Shown here: positions 17,835 to 27,662 of the stretch, one piece after another
Numbering within the stretch: position 1 is the first letter of the stretch
How the letters are laid out: the number at the start of each line of letters is the position of its first letter
Made by a program: the position numbers and the translations under genes
NCBI GenBank assembly: GCA_041576165.1
Contig: JBFGLM010000035.1
Span: forward strand, 1 to 50,020
Source: Acidimicrobiia bacterium
GTDB taxonomy: Bacteria > Actinomycetota > Acidimicrobiia > Spongiisociales > Spongiisociaceae
Direction: 5' to 3'
DNA: 50,020 nucleotides
Notes under the pieces: generated by a model
Told to the model about the DNA's origin: nothing
Databases searched by the model: none
What the model saw: the letters and a program-made list of their open reading frames with translations, nothing else

Positions 17835-18947
17835 TCAGCGAGGCAACGCCTGAAAGAAGCGAATGCGGATTCCGTCCGGATCGGCCAGCTCGAAGGAGCG
17901 TGTGTTGTCCGGACCTTCGGAAATCCCCCCGACGTCCAGGCCCCGGTCATTCAGCCGCTTGGCCGTGTGCTCGACATCATCGACCATGAAGCTCAACTCG
18001 ACGCCGCGGGGCGATTCTCCGCCGTTGCCGACGAGTTCGAGGATCCGTCCATCGGCGGCCTCGAGCAGACAGCCGGGCGGGTGCTCGGACCCGTCCGGTG
18101 TCTTGATGCGGCGGAAACGCAGCGCTCCCTCGTAGAACTCTTGGCTTCGGGCGAGGTTTGTCACCGCCAGCACCGTACGCATCTGCCGGATCCGATCCGC
18201 CGACGGATGGTCCTCGCCGGCGATGACGGCCTGGGCTTGCTCGATCGTGAAGCGTCCCTCGGTGACCTCGCGTCCAACCACGACGCCGGCCAGATACCGA
18301 TCCCCGCTGCGCAGATTCTTGAGCGCCTGCAGATCGTCGAGATGCCGCACGCCGCCGGCGGCGATGATCGGTTCGTCCACATAGCCGAGCGCCTCTTCGA
18401 GGATTTCGAAGCTGGGCGGTTCATTCAGCGTGTCGCGGCGCCCTTCGGCGATGAAAAAGCCCCAGACGCCGGCCGACGACATCTCAACGAGAACTTCCTC
18501 CAGGTGGCGTCCGCTGTTGGCCGTCCATCCGCGGATCAGCACCTGCTCGTCTGAGACAACGTCGAGTGACACGATGATCCGGTCCGGATACTCCCGACAC
18601 AAATGCCAGACCATGTTCTGGTGCTCGATGGCCGCCGTCCCCATCACGATGCGCCAGGCGCCTGCCCGAATCAGCCGCTCGGCCTCCATCTCGGAGCGAA
18701 TCCCGCCGCCCACCACCACCGGAACATCGACGTCACGGAGGATTTGGTCGATGAGCCCGCGGTTGCGGTAGTCGCCGTTGGCGGCCGCGTCCAGGTCAAC
18801 GATGTGAAGGTAGTCGGCACCTTTCTCGATCCAGCCCTTGGCCCGCGCCAGCGGGTCGGCGTCGAGGGCTGTTACGGCCGAGAGGTCGCCGCGGTCGAGA
18901 CGGACGGCGCGGCCGCCCAGGATGTTGACGCGCGCATACAGCTCCAT
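17835..18947 (-). CDS. HisA-like TIM barrel fused to a VOC/glyoxalase domain
   Basis: LHIVDLDAA, VGGGIRS, GTAA, SLDV, AGGV, then LAVTNLARSQEFY...ADPDG. Confidence 0.85.
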   Translation of the reverse strand: MELYARVNILGGRAVRLDRGDLSAVTALDADPLARAKGWIEKGADYLHIVDLDAAANGDYRNRGLIDQILRDVDVPVVVGGGIRSEMEAERLIRAGAWRIVMGTAAIEHQNMVWHLCREYPDRIIVSLDVVSDEQVLIRGWTANSGRHLEEVLVEMSSAGVWGFFIAEGRRDTLNEPPSFEILEEALGYVDEPIIAAGGVRHLDDLQALKNLRSGDRYLAGVVVGREVTEGRFTIEQAQAVIAGEDHPSADRIRQMRTVLAVTNLARSQEFYEGALRFRRIKTPDGSEHPPGCLLEAADGRILELVGNGGESPRGVELSFMVDDVEHTAKRLNDRGLDVGGISEGPDNTRSFELADPDGIRIRFFQALPR

Positions 18948-18987
18948 ATGTGCACTAACTATCGCACGCAGACGCACGGCGCGCCGG

Positions 18988-20436
18988 TCAGAATCCGGGC
19001 GGGCGGCCCGGGCCGCCGAGCACCGGCGCCGCCAGGCGGGCAAACTGGATCGGCGTTCGGTCTTCCAAATAGGGCCCAATCGCCTGAAACCCCACCGGCA
19101 GGCCCGAGCGGCCCAACCCGGATGGAATCGCCGTTGCCGGGAGCAGCGGAAGGGTTGCAATCCCGGCCCAGAACAGGGCATCCCAGTAGTCCCGTTCCAC
19201 GCCGTCCACCGGCAGCGTGCGAGACGCTTTCGGCGAGTGATCATGCTCGAAGGCGGTCGTCGGGGTGGCGGGGCAAAGCAGGAGGTCGACTTCTCGGAAC
19301 CAGGCGGCCCATTGCAGCCTGATTCGCTGCCGTCGCTCGTTGACCGCCAGCCAGTGCCGATGTCGCTGGCTGACGCCCCGGATGAGCATGGCAGCACGGC
19401 CTGCGTCGGACGGATCCAGCTCATCGAGCCTTCGGTCGTAATCCTCCCGTAGTTTGCGGGGATAGCTCATCGCCTCCTGGCCGTACAGCAGCTGGAGGTA
19501 CAATCGATGAGCCGCGGCCAGGTCGATGTCGGGCAGCGCCCGGACGACACGTACGCCAGCCCGGGCCAGATCGTCGACCGTGTCGGACATCACATCGCCC
19601 ACCTCTGACGACACCCGGGCCAACGGCGAATCGACCAGCACAGCGACCCGAAACTGGTTCAGCCGGCTGTGCCGGGGCTCGGGCAAAACGAGCCTCCAGG
19701 CAGTGGCATCCCATCCATCCGGCCCGGCAATGACCGACAGACCCACATCCAGATCCTCGGCGGCGATCGCCAGCGGACCCCCAACCGCCAGGTCGGCCAC
19801 CGAGCGCTGGCCCGGCGGCCCGGGGACATGTCCCCGGAGCGGAACCACGCCCCACGACGGTTTGTGCCCGTACACCCCGCACATGGCAGCCGGGTGGCGG
19901 ATCGACCCGCCGATGTCCGACCCCATTTCGATAGATGTGAACCCGGCTGCCACGGCGGCGGCGGACCCTCCGGAAGAGCCGCCCGGTGCTCTCGCTCTGT
20001 CCCACGGGTTGCAGGTCGTTCCGTACACATCGTTGTAGGTCTGTAGGTCGTCTGCCATGTAGGGGGTGTTGGTCTTGCCGTAGATCACCGCACCCGCCCG
20101 TCGCAGCCGCTCGACGATCACGGCATCACCGTCGGCAACGTGGCCGGTCATCTCCGGCGCCCCGGCGGTGGTGGGTGTTCCCTCGACCGAGTAACACTCC
20201 TTGACGGTCATGGGCACCCCGTGGAGCGGGCCCAGCTCGCCCCCAGCGCGCACCTGCGCGTCGGCTACGTCGGCCTCTGCCCGGGCGGCCTCGTCCCGCC
20301 GCACGACGACTGCGTTGAGCTGTGGGTCAAAGCGGTCCACTCGGTCGAGAGCGGCGTCCAGCAGCGCCCGGGCAGACACTTGGCCGGCCGCGACAGCGGC
20401 CGCCTGCTGGTAGACCGGTACGTAGCTGAGATTCAC
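18988..20436 (-). CDS. Amidase (amidase-signature family)
   Basis: GPLHGVPMTVKE, GGSSGGSAAAVAAG, GSDIGGSIR; GTG start with GGAGG RBS. Confidence 0.92.
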   Translation of the reverse strand: MNLSYVPVYQQAAAVAAGQVSARALLDAALDRVDRFDPQLNAVVVRRDEAARAEADVADAQVRAGGELGPLHGVPMTVKECYSVEGTPTTAGAPEMTGHVADGDAVIVERLRRAGAVIYGKTNTPYMADDLQTYNDVYGTTCNPWDRARAPGGSSGGSAAAVAAGFTSIEMGSDIGGSIRHPAAMCGVYGHKPSWGVVPLRGHVPGPPGQRSVADLAVGGPLAIAAEDLDVGLSVIAGPDGWDATAWRLVLPEPRHSRLNQFRVAVLVDSPLARVSSEVGDVMSDTVDDLARAGVRVVRALPDIDLAAAHRLYLQLLYGQEAMSYPRKLREDYDRRLDELDPSDAGRAAMLIRGVSQRHRHWLAVNERRQRIRLQWAAWFREVDLLLCPATPTTAFEHDHSPKASRTLPVDGVERDYWDALFWAGIATLPLLPATAIPSGLGRSGLPVGFQAIGPYLEDRTPIQFARLAAPVLGGPGRPPGF

Positions 20437-20564
20437 GCCGAATCCTCCACTGCTGATTGTGCCAGGCATGGCTCAGCCGGTGGGAGATCCCTGCGCAGGA
20501 GGCAACCGAGCGCTCCGGACAAAAGGTCCACACGAGCGGCGCGAAATGTGCTTTGCTAGCCGAA

Positions 20565-20659
20565 GAGAGAGAAGCTCGATGGTCGAACTGTCCCGTCCAG
20601 GAGGCGTATCTCGGGCTCCGGCCGGAGAGTGAAAAGCGGCAGCATCGAGCCTCTTTCTC
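20565..20659. other. Intergenic long stem (15/17 match) enclosing 61 nt
   Basis: GAGAGAGAAGCTCGATG ... CATCGAGCCTCTTTCTC. Confidence 0.5.
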
Positions 20660-20728
20660 GCGTGCCGGCCTCGGGGTTCCGCTGCTCGCCACGCGCCGAT
20701 CACGTGGCAGGCTGCGGTCGGGCCGTCA

Positions 20729-20776
20729 TCTCATTCCGGATTCGTCTCAATCCGGATTCGTCTCATTCCGGATTCG
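20729..20776. repeat. 16-bp tandem repeat x3 spanning the OmpA gene stop
   Basis: TCTCATTCCGGATTCG / TCTCAATCCGGATTCG / TCTCATTCCGGATTCG. Confidence 0.9.
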
Positions 20777-22136
20777 TCGAGAACGCAAAGTCGAGTCTCC
20801 GGTTGAGGGCCCGTCCCTCTTCGGTGTTGTTGGGGGCGATCGGACGAGTTTCGCCGAAACCGACGGCGCTGATTCGCGCTTCCGGTATCCCCAGCCCGCT
20901 CAGTGTCTCGGCTCCGGCATTGGCCCGCCGTTGCGACAGCCGTTGATTGTGCTGCGTCGAACCGGACGAATCGGTGTGCCCCTCGATGACAACGCCGAGA
21001 GCCGGATTGCGCAAAAGCACCCCCGCCGCGGTCTGAAGCAGGACCTTCAGCTCGGGGGTGAGCTCGGCGCTGTTGTAGGCGAAAGTGGCCCCTCCCCGCA
21101 ACGCACCGGTGATCTGGTCGCCATCCACCTCCAAGGTCCAGTTCGGGATCGGGGCAAACTGCGTGAAGAGAAGCGGCGCGCGGAAAACCGTGAATGCCCG
21201 TTCGATGTCCGCGTCGACGACCAGGTTGTTGGTCACGTTTCCTGCGCCGTACACATCAGCTGCGGCATCGACGATTGCGGCCACGACGTCGTCACCGGGC
21301 AGCCGGCCGTCCAGAATGATGTGCCCGTCGTCGGCCCGGAATCGGTAGTAGGGCGCACCGGCTCCGCTGACCTCCAGCTCGTCCACCAGAGCCATCGACG
21401 TGCCCAACGCCTGGGCGAGCGCTCCGGTCAACCGGGCTTGGTGAGCGTCGGTCCGGGCTTCGCCTGAGATGACCGCCCCGTCCCCCACAATCGTGAGCTC
21501 TGCGGTTCCGACGATGGGAAGCACGGCGATCGCACCGGCCACCCGGCTCTCCCATTCTGTAGCCTCGACCCCCACTGCCACGGTCAGCTGGTTGTCCACG
21601 AATGGGGCATACACGAGGGAGATCATCTGGGCGACTGCCTCAGCGGCGGCAGGGGACGACACAGCCCCGCTGATCGTCAGCGTGCCGTCCTGCAGAACGG
21701 CGTGTACACGAGGCTCCTCCGCCGCCGCAACGGATGTTGTGGTCGTAGTGGACGGGGCCGAGGTCGCTGTCGTCGGTACGGTCGTCGCCGGCGTGGTGGT
21801 ACTGGAAGCGGCGGTGGTGGCGGGCACCGCGGGCCCGGTCTGAGCTGCCGTCGTCGCGGGTGACAAGGCGTCAGTCCCCAGAGTCGTCGCGGTCGACATG
21901 AAATCGACCCGCCGGACTCCCCCGACTCCATACAACGCTTCTTCGATCATATCGGGGTCGAGGCCGCCCGTCTTCTCAACGAGCGCATCACGGCCTTCGA
22001 TCGTGAGCACCACACCGTCCATGGCGGCGGCCGCTAGCGTGGTGCGGGCCTTGTTGGAGAGTGCGGCCTCATTCGATGCGACCATCCACCAGACGGCGAA
22101 GGGCAGCAACAACACGATCCATCCTGCGCGTGGCAT
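20763..22136 (-). CDS. OmpA-like peptidoglycan-binding protein with BON-like repeats (ArfA/Rv0899-like)
   Basis: IEGHTDSSG...NQRLSQRRA, GFGETRPIAPN.TEEGRALNRR; N-terminal TM and Thr-rich linker. Confidence 0.9.
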   Translation of the reverse strand: MPRAGWIVLLLPFAVWWMVASNEAALSNKARTTLAAAAMDGVVLTIEGRDALVEKTGGLDPDMIEEALYGVGGVRRVDFMSTATTLGTDALSPATTAAQTGPAVPATTAASSTTTPATTVPTTATSAPSTTTTTSVAAAEEPRVHAVLQDGTLTISGAVSSPAAAEAVAQMISLVYAPFVDNQLTVAVGVEATEWESRVAGAIAVLPIVGTAELTIVGDGAVISGEARTDAHQARLTGALAQALGTSMALVDELEVSGAGAPYYRFRADDGHIILDGRLPGDDVVAAIVDAAADVYGAGNVTNNLVVDADIERAFTVFRAPLLFTQFAPIPNWTLEVDGDQITGALRGGATFAYNSAELTPELKVLLQTAAGVLLRNPALGVVIEGHTDSSGSTQHNQRLSQRRANAGAETLSGLGIPEARISAVGFGETRPIAPNNTEEGRALNRRLDFAFSTNPE

Positions 22137-22139
22137 CGG

Positions 22140-23678
22140 TCAGTCTTCGGACCGGGCCCGGAGGGCGTCTAGCTTCTGCTGGAGCTGGTTGAGGGTGTCG
22201 TCGAGCAGATCATCGGCCTGGCTGCGCGCGCTGTGGGCTCGGGCCTCCTCCGTCTGCGCGGCCTCTTCCGCCAGCTCACGAGCCCGCTCAGCCTCATCCT
22301 TCGCTCGGAGTGCCTGCTCGCGCTGCTCGAGGGCAGCTTGGCGGGCCGCCTCGGCGGCCGCCCGCTCCCGTTCAGCCTGGGCGACGCTTTCAGATGCCTC
22401 GGCCAGCTGTGCTTCGGTCTCCCGCCGTGCTTGTTCAGCGGCGCTCAGCTCCTCGCGGGTGCTCTCCCGCTGACTCTCAACGGCCTGTACCTCGGCCCGT
22501 AGTTCAGCGAGCCTCACTTCCAAGTCCTCTGCTTCGGACTCTTGAGCGGTGAGGCGCCCGCGCACGTCGCCCAACGACCGCTGTGCTGCGTCCACCGCAG
22601 CGAGCGCGGTATCCCGCGCCGCCACCGCCGAGTCCCGTTTGGCGGTCGCTTCTGCAATCTCGACGACCAGCCCTTCCAGCTCGGTCCGGGCCTCAGCGAT
22701 CCATTGCTTCTCGGTCCGCGTCGTCTCGGTTTCCTCCAGCAGTTCCTTCAGCGCCGCCTGAGCCGTAGTCCGCTCCGCTGCCAGCCGTTCTAGGTCCGCC
22801 TGAGCCGATGCGAGTTCTTCCTTCGCCCGATCAACCTCGGCGAGCGCCTCATCTCGTAGTCGCTGCGCCTCGGCCAGCGCCGCCTGCCCCTCGGCGAGGG
22901 CCGCCTTGCCCTCAGTCAACGCCGCTTCCACCTCGGCCTGCTGTTCTTGAGCCATGCGCAGCTCTGACTGGGCGGCATCCGCGCGCATTCGCACCGCCTC
23001 GAACGACTCGAGCTGGTGACGAGCGACCTCGAGCTTGGCGTTCGCATGTTCGAGGCGCAGCTCGGCGGCGTAGCGGGCGTCGGCCAGTTGCGCGATTTCG
23101 TCATCTGCCGAGACTGCGGCGCTGAACCGGATGGCTGCCGCTTCCCGGGCGTGGCGGGCCTCCTCCACCCGCCTGCGATCGTCGGCTAGGTCGGCTTCGA
23201 GCGCGGCAAACTTGGCTTTGGCTGTGTCCAGCTCGGAGTCGAATGCCATGGCTACGCGTTCGGCGGCCTCTTCCACCTCCGCTCTTGTCTGCTCCAATCG
23301 AGCGGATCGTTCTTTGACCTCTGCGTTCGCCTGCTCGAGCTCGGCTTCGGCCGAATCGCGCTCTACCTGTTTCTTCTCCAGCTTCGTAACGATCTCCGCC
23401 AGCTCAGCTTCAGCCAGGCCCACCGCCTCTTCGGCGGCGTTGACCTCGGCCAGCCGTTCCCCAGCCTCAGTTGCGGAAGTCCGGTCGGACTCCGACGCTT
23501 CGTCGACTGCCTGCGGCTCACCCCCCGTTGTGACCGTAGGTGTTCCGCCTGCTGGCGGATTGCCTATGACGACCTCGGTTGCCCGTCGTGCGGTGAGCCG
23601 GCCCACAACGAACCCAGCGACTGAGGCCGCGATCAGTAGTACTGCCGCTTCGAGGGCGGCATACAGTACCCCGCGCAT
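22140..23678 (-). CDS. Membrane-anchored long coiled-coil protein, probably co-transcribed with the OmpA gene
   Basis: N-terminal TM then ~430 aa of A/E/R-rich heptads; stop 3 bp before OmpA start. Confidence 0.8.
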   Translation of the reverse strand: MRGVLYAALEAAVLLIAASVAGFVVGRLTARRATEVVIGNPPAGGTPTVTTGGEPQAVDEASESDRTSATEAGERLAEVNAAEEAVGLAEAELAEIVTKLEKKQVERDSAEAELEQANAEVKERSARLEQTRAEVEEAAERVAMAFDSELDTAKAKFAALEADLADDRRRVEEARHAREAAAIRFSAAVSADDEIAQLADARYAAELRLEHANAKLEVARHQLESFEAVRMRADAAQSELRMAQEQQAEVEAALTEGKAALAEGQAALAEAQRLRDEALAEVDRAKEELASAQADLERLAAERTTAQAALKELLEETETTRTEKQWIAEARTELEGLVVEIAEATAKRDSAVAARDTALAAVDAAQRSLGDVRGRLTAQESEAEDLEVRLAELRAEVQAVESQRESTREELSAAEQARRETEAQLAEASESVAQAERERAAAEAARQAALEQREQALRAKDEAERARELAEEAAQTEEARAHSARSQADDLLDDTLNQLQQKLDALRARSED

Positions 23679-23792
23679 TTGCTCTCCCAGCCTTTGTCGT
23701 CCCCCCGCCTCTTACGGTACATGGACGCGGCGGCGTACGTCGCTCCAGAACTGACATAATTTGGACCAAGTTTGAGCCGGGTGGAGGGCCGG

Positions 23793-25181
23793 TCAGCTCC
23801 CGGTCGGCGGCAATGCCCATGGATCAGCCACGCGGACCCGACCGCTGAGCGGCAGGCGCAAGACAAACTCGGTCCGCCCCCCTTGGCGCACGTAGCCGAT
23901 TGACCCCCCCATCAGGTCGGCGAGGCGGCGGGCAATCGAGAGTCCGAGGCCCACGCTTCCGATCGTGATAGGGGCGTCACCTTTATGGACGAACCGCTCG
24001 AACAGACGGTCAATCAGATGATCCGGAACACCATCGCCGTCGTCTGACACCGTGAGCCGGTACACGTCTCCTTCTACCACTCCGATGACGGCAACGTCGG
24101 GACCGCCGTGTTTGCTGGCGTTCGATATCAAGTTGCGGAGGATCTGCCTCAGCCGGAGACGGTCGGCGTGCAACCTGGCAGCCTCCAAGTCGGTGCGGAC
24201 CTTCTGATCAGCCAGCTTGGCAGCGACGAGCACCGACTCGAGCTCGGCGATCGGATCCACGGGCTCCAGCCGAATGCTCAGCGAGTCCTGGTCGTCGCGG
24301 GCGGCGGTGATCAGGTCGTCAACCATGCGGGACAACTCGTTGGCCTCCGCGGCGATGACGGACGACATCTCACGCAGCTCACCAACATCGAGCGTTGCGT
24401 CCATGGCGGCGGTCTGGGCGAAGCCGACGATTCCGGTCAGCGGGGTGCGAAGCTCGTGCGACAGGTTGGCGATCAGCTCGTCTTTGGCGAGGACCAGTGC
24501 ACGCTCGTGCTCGAGAGCGTCGCGCAGGCGACGTCGGCGCTGGGCCCGTTTGATCGCCGTCCGGTATGCCAGCACGGCAGCAAATGGGAGCAGGAAAGCC
24601 ACCACGATCCGAGCCGCGCCGGCGACCCGACCGGCCGAGTCCCTCGCCAGTTCGATGTCCGCCAGAACTGCCTGGCGGGTCCCGGCGAGAACGGTTGCGA
24701 GCGCGGCGTAATCCGGCTCCAGATTCTCTGCGATCAGCCGATCCGCCTGGGAGCGGTCGGGACCGACCAGATCGTCGAGGATGGCTCGGGCCGTCTCGAC
24801 CAGATCTCCCGTCGTCGCGGTCGCGGTTGAAGCCGGGTCCACCTCTACCAGCGCCGCAACGCGACGTTCCAGCTCATCCAGCGCATCCCGGCCTCCGGCA
24901 ACGGCCTGCTGGAGATCCTCTTCGGTGGCAGACCCTGCCGACTCCGCTTGCGCTATCACGAAGGCGAGCGCCACGCGGTTCCTTACCGTGGCCGCGGCGG
25001 ACAGCGCAGACTCGGCCCGCAACCCCACCGTGCCCTGGGTGGCGATGTCCTCGACGCCCTGGGCATTCGAGAACCAGGTGGCGGCAACGATCATGACTAT
25101 GAGGAACAATGTGGGCAGCACCACGCCGGAGGCGCGGGCCCACTGCAATGGGGAACGCGCTGAGTCGGACAGGGCGCTCAC
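23793..25181 (-). CDS. Orphan sensor histidine kinase (2 TM, HisKA, HATPase)
   Basis: [33 protein letters not shown]. Confidence 0.93.
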   Translation of the reverse strand: MSALSDSARSPLQWARASGVVLPTLFLIVMIVAATWFSNAQGVEDIATQGTVGLRAESALSAAATVRNRVALAFVIAQAESAGSATEEDLQQAVAGGRDALDELERRVAALVEVDPASTATATTGDLVETARAILDDLVGPDRSQADRLIAENLEPDYAALATVLAGTRQAVLADIELARDSAGRVAGAARIVVAFLLPFAAVLAYRTAIKRAQRRRRLRDALEHERALVLAKDELIANLSHELRTPLTGIVGFAQTAAMDATLDVGELREMSSVIAAEANELSRMVDDLITAARDDQDSLSIRLEPVDPIAELESVLVAAKLADQKVRTDLEAARLHADRLRLRQILRNLISNASKHGGPDVAVIGVVEGDVYRLTVSDDGDGVPDHLIDRLFERFVHKGDAPITIGSVGLGLSIARRLADLMGGSIGYVRQGGRTEFVLRLPLSGRVRVADPWALPPTGS

Positions 25182-26521
25182 TCGTCGCCTCCGCTCACGA
25201 GACGCCGTTCCGCGGTGACAGTCAGCAGACCCACAATGAGGCCGGCGGCGGCCGCCGGCAGGCTGATCCCCTGGCCGGTCCTGAAGATCGCACGGACGAG
25301 GACGTCGGCTATCACCACGGGTGACAGGGCAACACGGGCCGCCCCATCCGGCAGGACCAACTCGACGACAGTTATGACCTCGCCGACCGGACTCGACCCG
25401 TGGTCCCGGACATCTGGCAACGGCGGGGGCAGACCCTCCAACGGCTGCGCCGCGACGTCGTTGAGCGGCTCGGCGATTTCGATGATCTGGCGGGTGGTGC
25501 CAGCACCGAGCCGGCCGGTGGGTGAGGCGGTCCCGTCCGAGATCTCGACGACCCCGGCCGGGTCTTCGGGATCTGGCAGCTCGGAGCCTCCGACTGGCTC
25601 GTCAGATGGGTTCGGAAGTTCGGAGTTCCCGACCGGCTGGGTCGTCGAAGGCACCGGCGTGCCGGCCGCAGCCGGCGTGGTGGTCGCGGGCGCCGTCGAT
25701 CTCGGAGTCGACGTGGTCGTGATGGTCGTGGGAGCAGCGGTCGAGGTGGTCGTTGGGGCGGTCGTCGTCGATGTCGTTGTGGCCTGACTGGTCGACGTAG
25801 TTGTCGGGGGCGTGGTTGTCGTCGAGGCGGGCGGCGCCGTGGACGTCGTGGTTGTTGGAGGCGTGGTGGTAGTGGTCGTCGTGCCTTCACCGCCCATGAC
25901 GATCAGCCGGCTCTGATAGGCGGCGGCGTTGTAGGCGATCCGCATGTCACCGTCCGACGCACCATCGACGGTGACGCGGACCACCAGCTTGCGCCCCGCT
26001 CCGAACTGGTGATCGACCTGCCCGAACCCGAAGGTCACAGTGGCCCACGATCCGCCCGTCGACCAGGGCTGACGGCTGACCGAGGCGCTCGAGATCGTTG
26101 AACAGCTCTTCAGGTTGGACTTGCAGTCCTGCAGATAGGCGTTGAGCCGGCCGCCTGCGGTCGATGAGAAGTCGGCCATCGCAGCGGTGAGGACCAGCGA
26201 GGCGGCGCCCTGCAAGGGGATGATGTTCTGGCTGCCCGACCAGAGCTGATGTTTGGTGGGATCCGTCTCGCCGGATCCACCTGAAGTCCGCAGCAGGAGC
26301 AAACCCAAATCCTCGTCGCGATGCGGATCGAGGTTCACCAAGGCACCGGTCGGGGCGGCTGTGTCAAAGCCCGCCCTGGGGACGCCGGCGGCATTGAGAT
26401 AGGCGACGTCGCTGGTCTGGGCCAACGCACCCAGCGGCAGCGCCAGCATCAACGTGACGGAGCATGCCAAGCCGCGGCGGAACCACCGACCCTCCCGGGG
26501 ATTTCCAGCCGCGTTACCCAT
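25178..26521 (-). CDS. Secreted/surface protein: signal peptide, beta domain, Thr-rich linker, C-terminal membrane domain
   Basis: LALPLGALA-Q signal; poly-Thr linker; hydrophobic C-terminus; 4-bp overlap with HK start. Confidence 0.8.
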   Translation of the reverse strand: MGNAAGNPREGRWFRRGLACSVTLMLALPLGALAQTSDVAYLNAAGVPRAGFDTAAPTGALVNLDPHRDEDLGLLLLRTSGGSGETDPTKHQLWSGSQNIIPLQGAASLVLTAAMADFSSTAGGRLNAYLQDCKSNLKSCSTISSASVSRQPWSTGGSWATVTFGFGQVDHQFGAGRKLVVRVTVDGASDGDMRIAYNAAAYQSRLIVMGGEGTTTTTTTPPTTTTSTAPPASTTTTPPTTTSTSQATTTSTTTAPTTTSTAAPTTITTTSTPRSTAPATTTPAAAGTPVPSTTQPVGNSELPNPSDEPVGGSELPDPEDPAGVVEISDGTASPTGRLGAGTTRQIIEIAEPLNDVAAQPLEGLPPPLPDVRDHGSSPVGEVITVVELVLPDGAARVALSPVVIADVLVRAIFRTGQGISLPAAAAGLIVGLLTVTAERRLVSGGDE

Positions 26522-26612
26522 TTGCTTGGTATCGGCATGGGGCCGGCGAAACAACACCGGAGTTTTGTGGTGGCGGCCGGCGCGGCGGATGCCGCAACGC
26601 GCAGTACGCGCG

Positions 26613-26819
26613 TCAGGCGGTACGCGGCAGGTCGGCGTCAGGGGCTGCGGGCATCACAGGCACGACATCTTCCTTGCCGGCCCGGATCGGCCGGCCCGAC
26701 CTGATGGTGACTCCCCCGTGGCTGTCACTGACAGCCAGGAAGACGAAATCACATTCGCGACAGCGGGCCGTGGCCGAAGTGAGTCCCCGCTCGATGTGGA
26801 CGACATGGGTGTGCTCCAT
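26613..26819 (-). CDS. Small hypothetical CxxC protein
   Basis: MEHTH...CREC; fills the gap divergent from 26915. Confidence 0.4.
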   Translation of the reverse strand: MEHTHVVHIERGLTSATARCRECDFVFLAVSDSHGGVTIRSGRPIRAGKEDVVPVMPAAPDADLPRTA

Positions 26820-26914
26820 GTCGATATGAGTCGTCCGGTATGACCGTGCGACTTGAGGACTTTGCGCGTCCGGGATGCTTCACTGGACGCAACGTCTTTT
26901 CTCCGAGGAGCGAG

Positions 26915-27109
26915 ATGGATCACCAGATGGTCGAAGTAACAAGGGTTGGAGACGAGCACCTCTTCCACTGCCCGGCCGACGGCTGCCGCCGCCAGGTTGC
27001 TTTCAACAGGACCGATCTCACCATCACGGTGCTCACCATCGGGGATGTGTTCGCCCGCCACACAGGTTCGACCGCCCCCGACCTGCTGTCGATGGCCATC
27101 ACGAAGTGA
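26915..27109 (+). CDS. Small H-CPxxxC-GD-H protein, copy 1 (putative Zn-binding)
   Basis: GAGGAG RBS; MDHQMV...HCPADGCRR...GDVFARHTGST; paralog at 37479-37679. Confidence 0.8.
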   Translation: MDHQMVEVTRVGDEHLFHCPADGCRRQVAFNRTDLTITVLTIGDVFARHTGSTAPDLLSMAITK

Positions 27110-27115
27110 ACCCGT

Positions 27116-27149
27116 GGAGAAGGGCCGGCGTGGCGGCCGGCCCCTCTCC
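27116..27149. terminator. Bidirectional hairpin between convergent genes
   Basis: GGAGAAGGGCCGGC ... GCCGGCCCCTCTCC. Confidence 0.6.
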
Positions 27150-27173
27150 GAATGTGTCCCCGCGGTGGAGGAC

Positions 27174-27662
27174 TCAATTGCCGTCGGGTTCGTCCGGGTC
27201 TTCGCGAGTTTGGAAGATGTCGCCCTCTGCAAAACCGGCGACCTGCACGACCAACTGCGGAATGGAGGAGTCGACCTTGAAGTCGATCGCAGCCGCCGGG
27301 CGATAGACGACATCGGCGTCGTAGACATCGTCCGGCACCCGGATCCGCGTCTTCCAGCGAACCGTCTGGGTACCCACGTCGACCGAGTCGTAGTTCCTTG
27401 CGGGCACCCGGTGAGCGGGCTGATTGCCCGGCGGGAAGGCATGTTCCCGAGTCGGTCCGAAGGACTCCACCCCGACCCGCACCCGCCACGCACTGTCGCA
27501 AAGTGCGTAGGCCCAGAAATGTGGACCGGTGATCGACCATTCGACCTCGACGTACGAGTCGAGCTCCTCATTGATGATTTGCCGTTCGAGTCCATCGTTG
27601 TCGAGGACACGCATACGAACCTCACCCGTCATCGCAGGATCAGTTGCGAACTGAATAGGCAT
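27174..27662 (-). CDS. Hypothetical cytoplasmic beta-sandwich protein, copy 1
   Basis: MPIQF start; EWxxxG, WRxxVxxESxG, GFAEG..Q shared with 36822-37334. Confidence 0.8.
   Translation of the reverse strand: MPIQFATDPAMTGEVRMRVLDNDGLERQIINEELDSYVEVEWSITGPHFWAYALCDSAWRVRVGVESFGPTREHAFPPGNQPAHRVPARNYDSVDVGTQTVRWKTRIRVPDDVYDADVVYRPAAAIDFKVDSSIPQLVVQVAGFAEGDIFQTREDPDEPDGN

Noticed and set aside
26855-26900. c-di-GMP-I riboswitch (GGACGCGCAAAG-like hairpin)
   Set aside because: Lacks the GNRA loop/receptor and P1 pairing; likewise for the 34040-34140 candidate.
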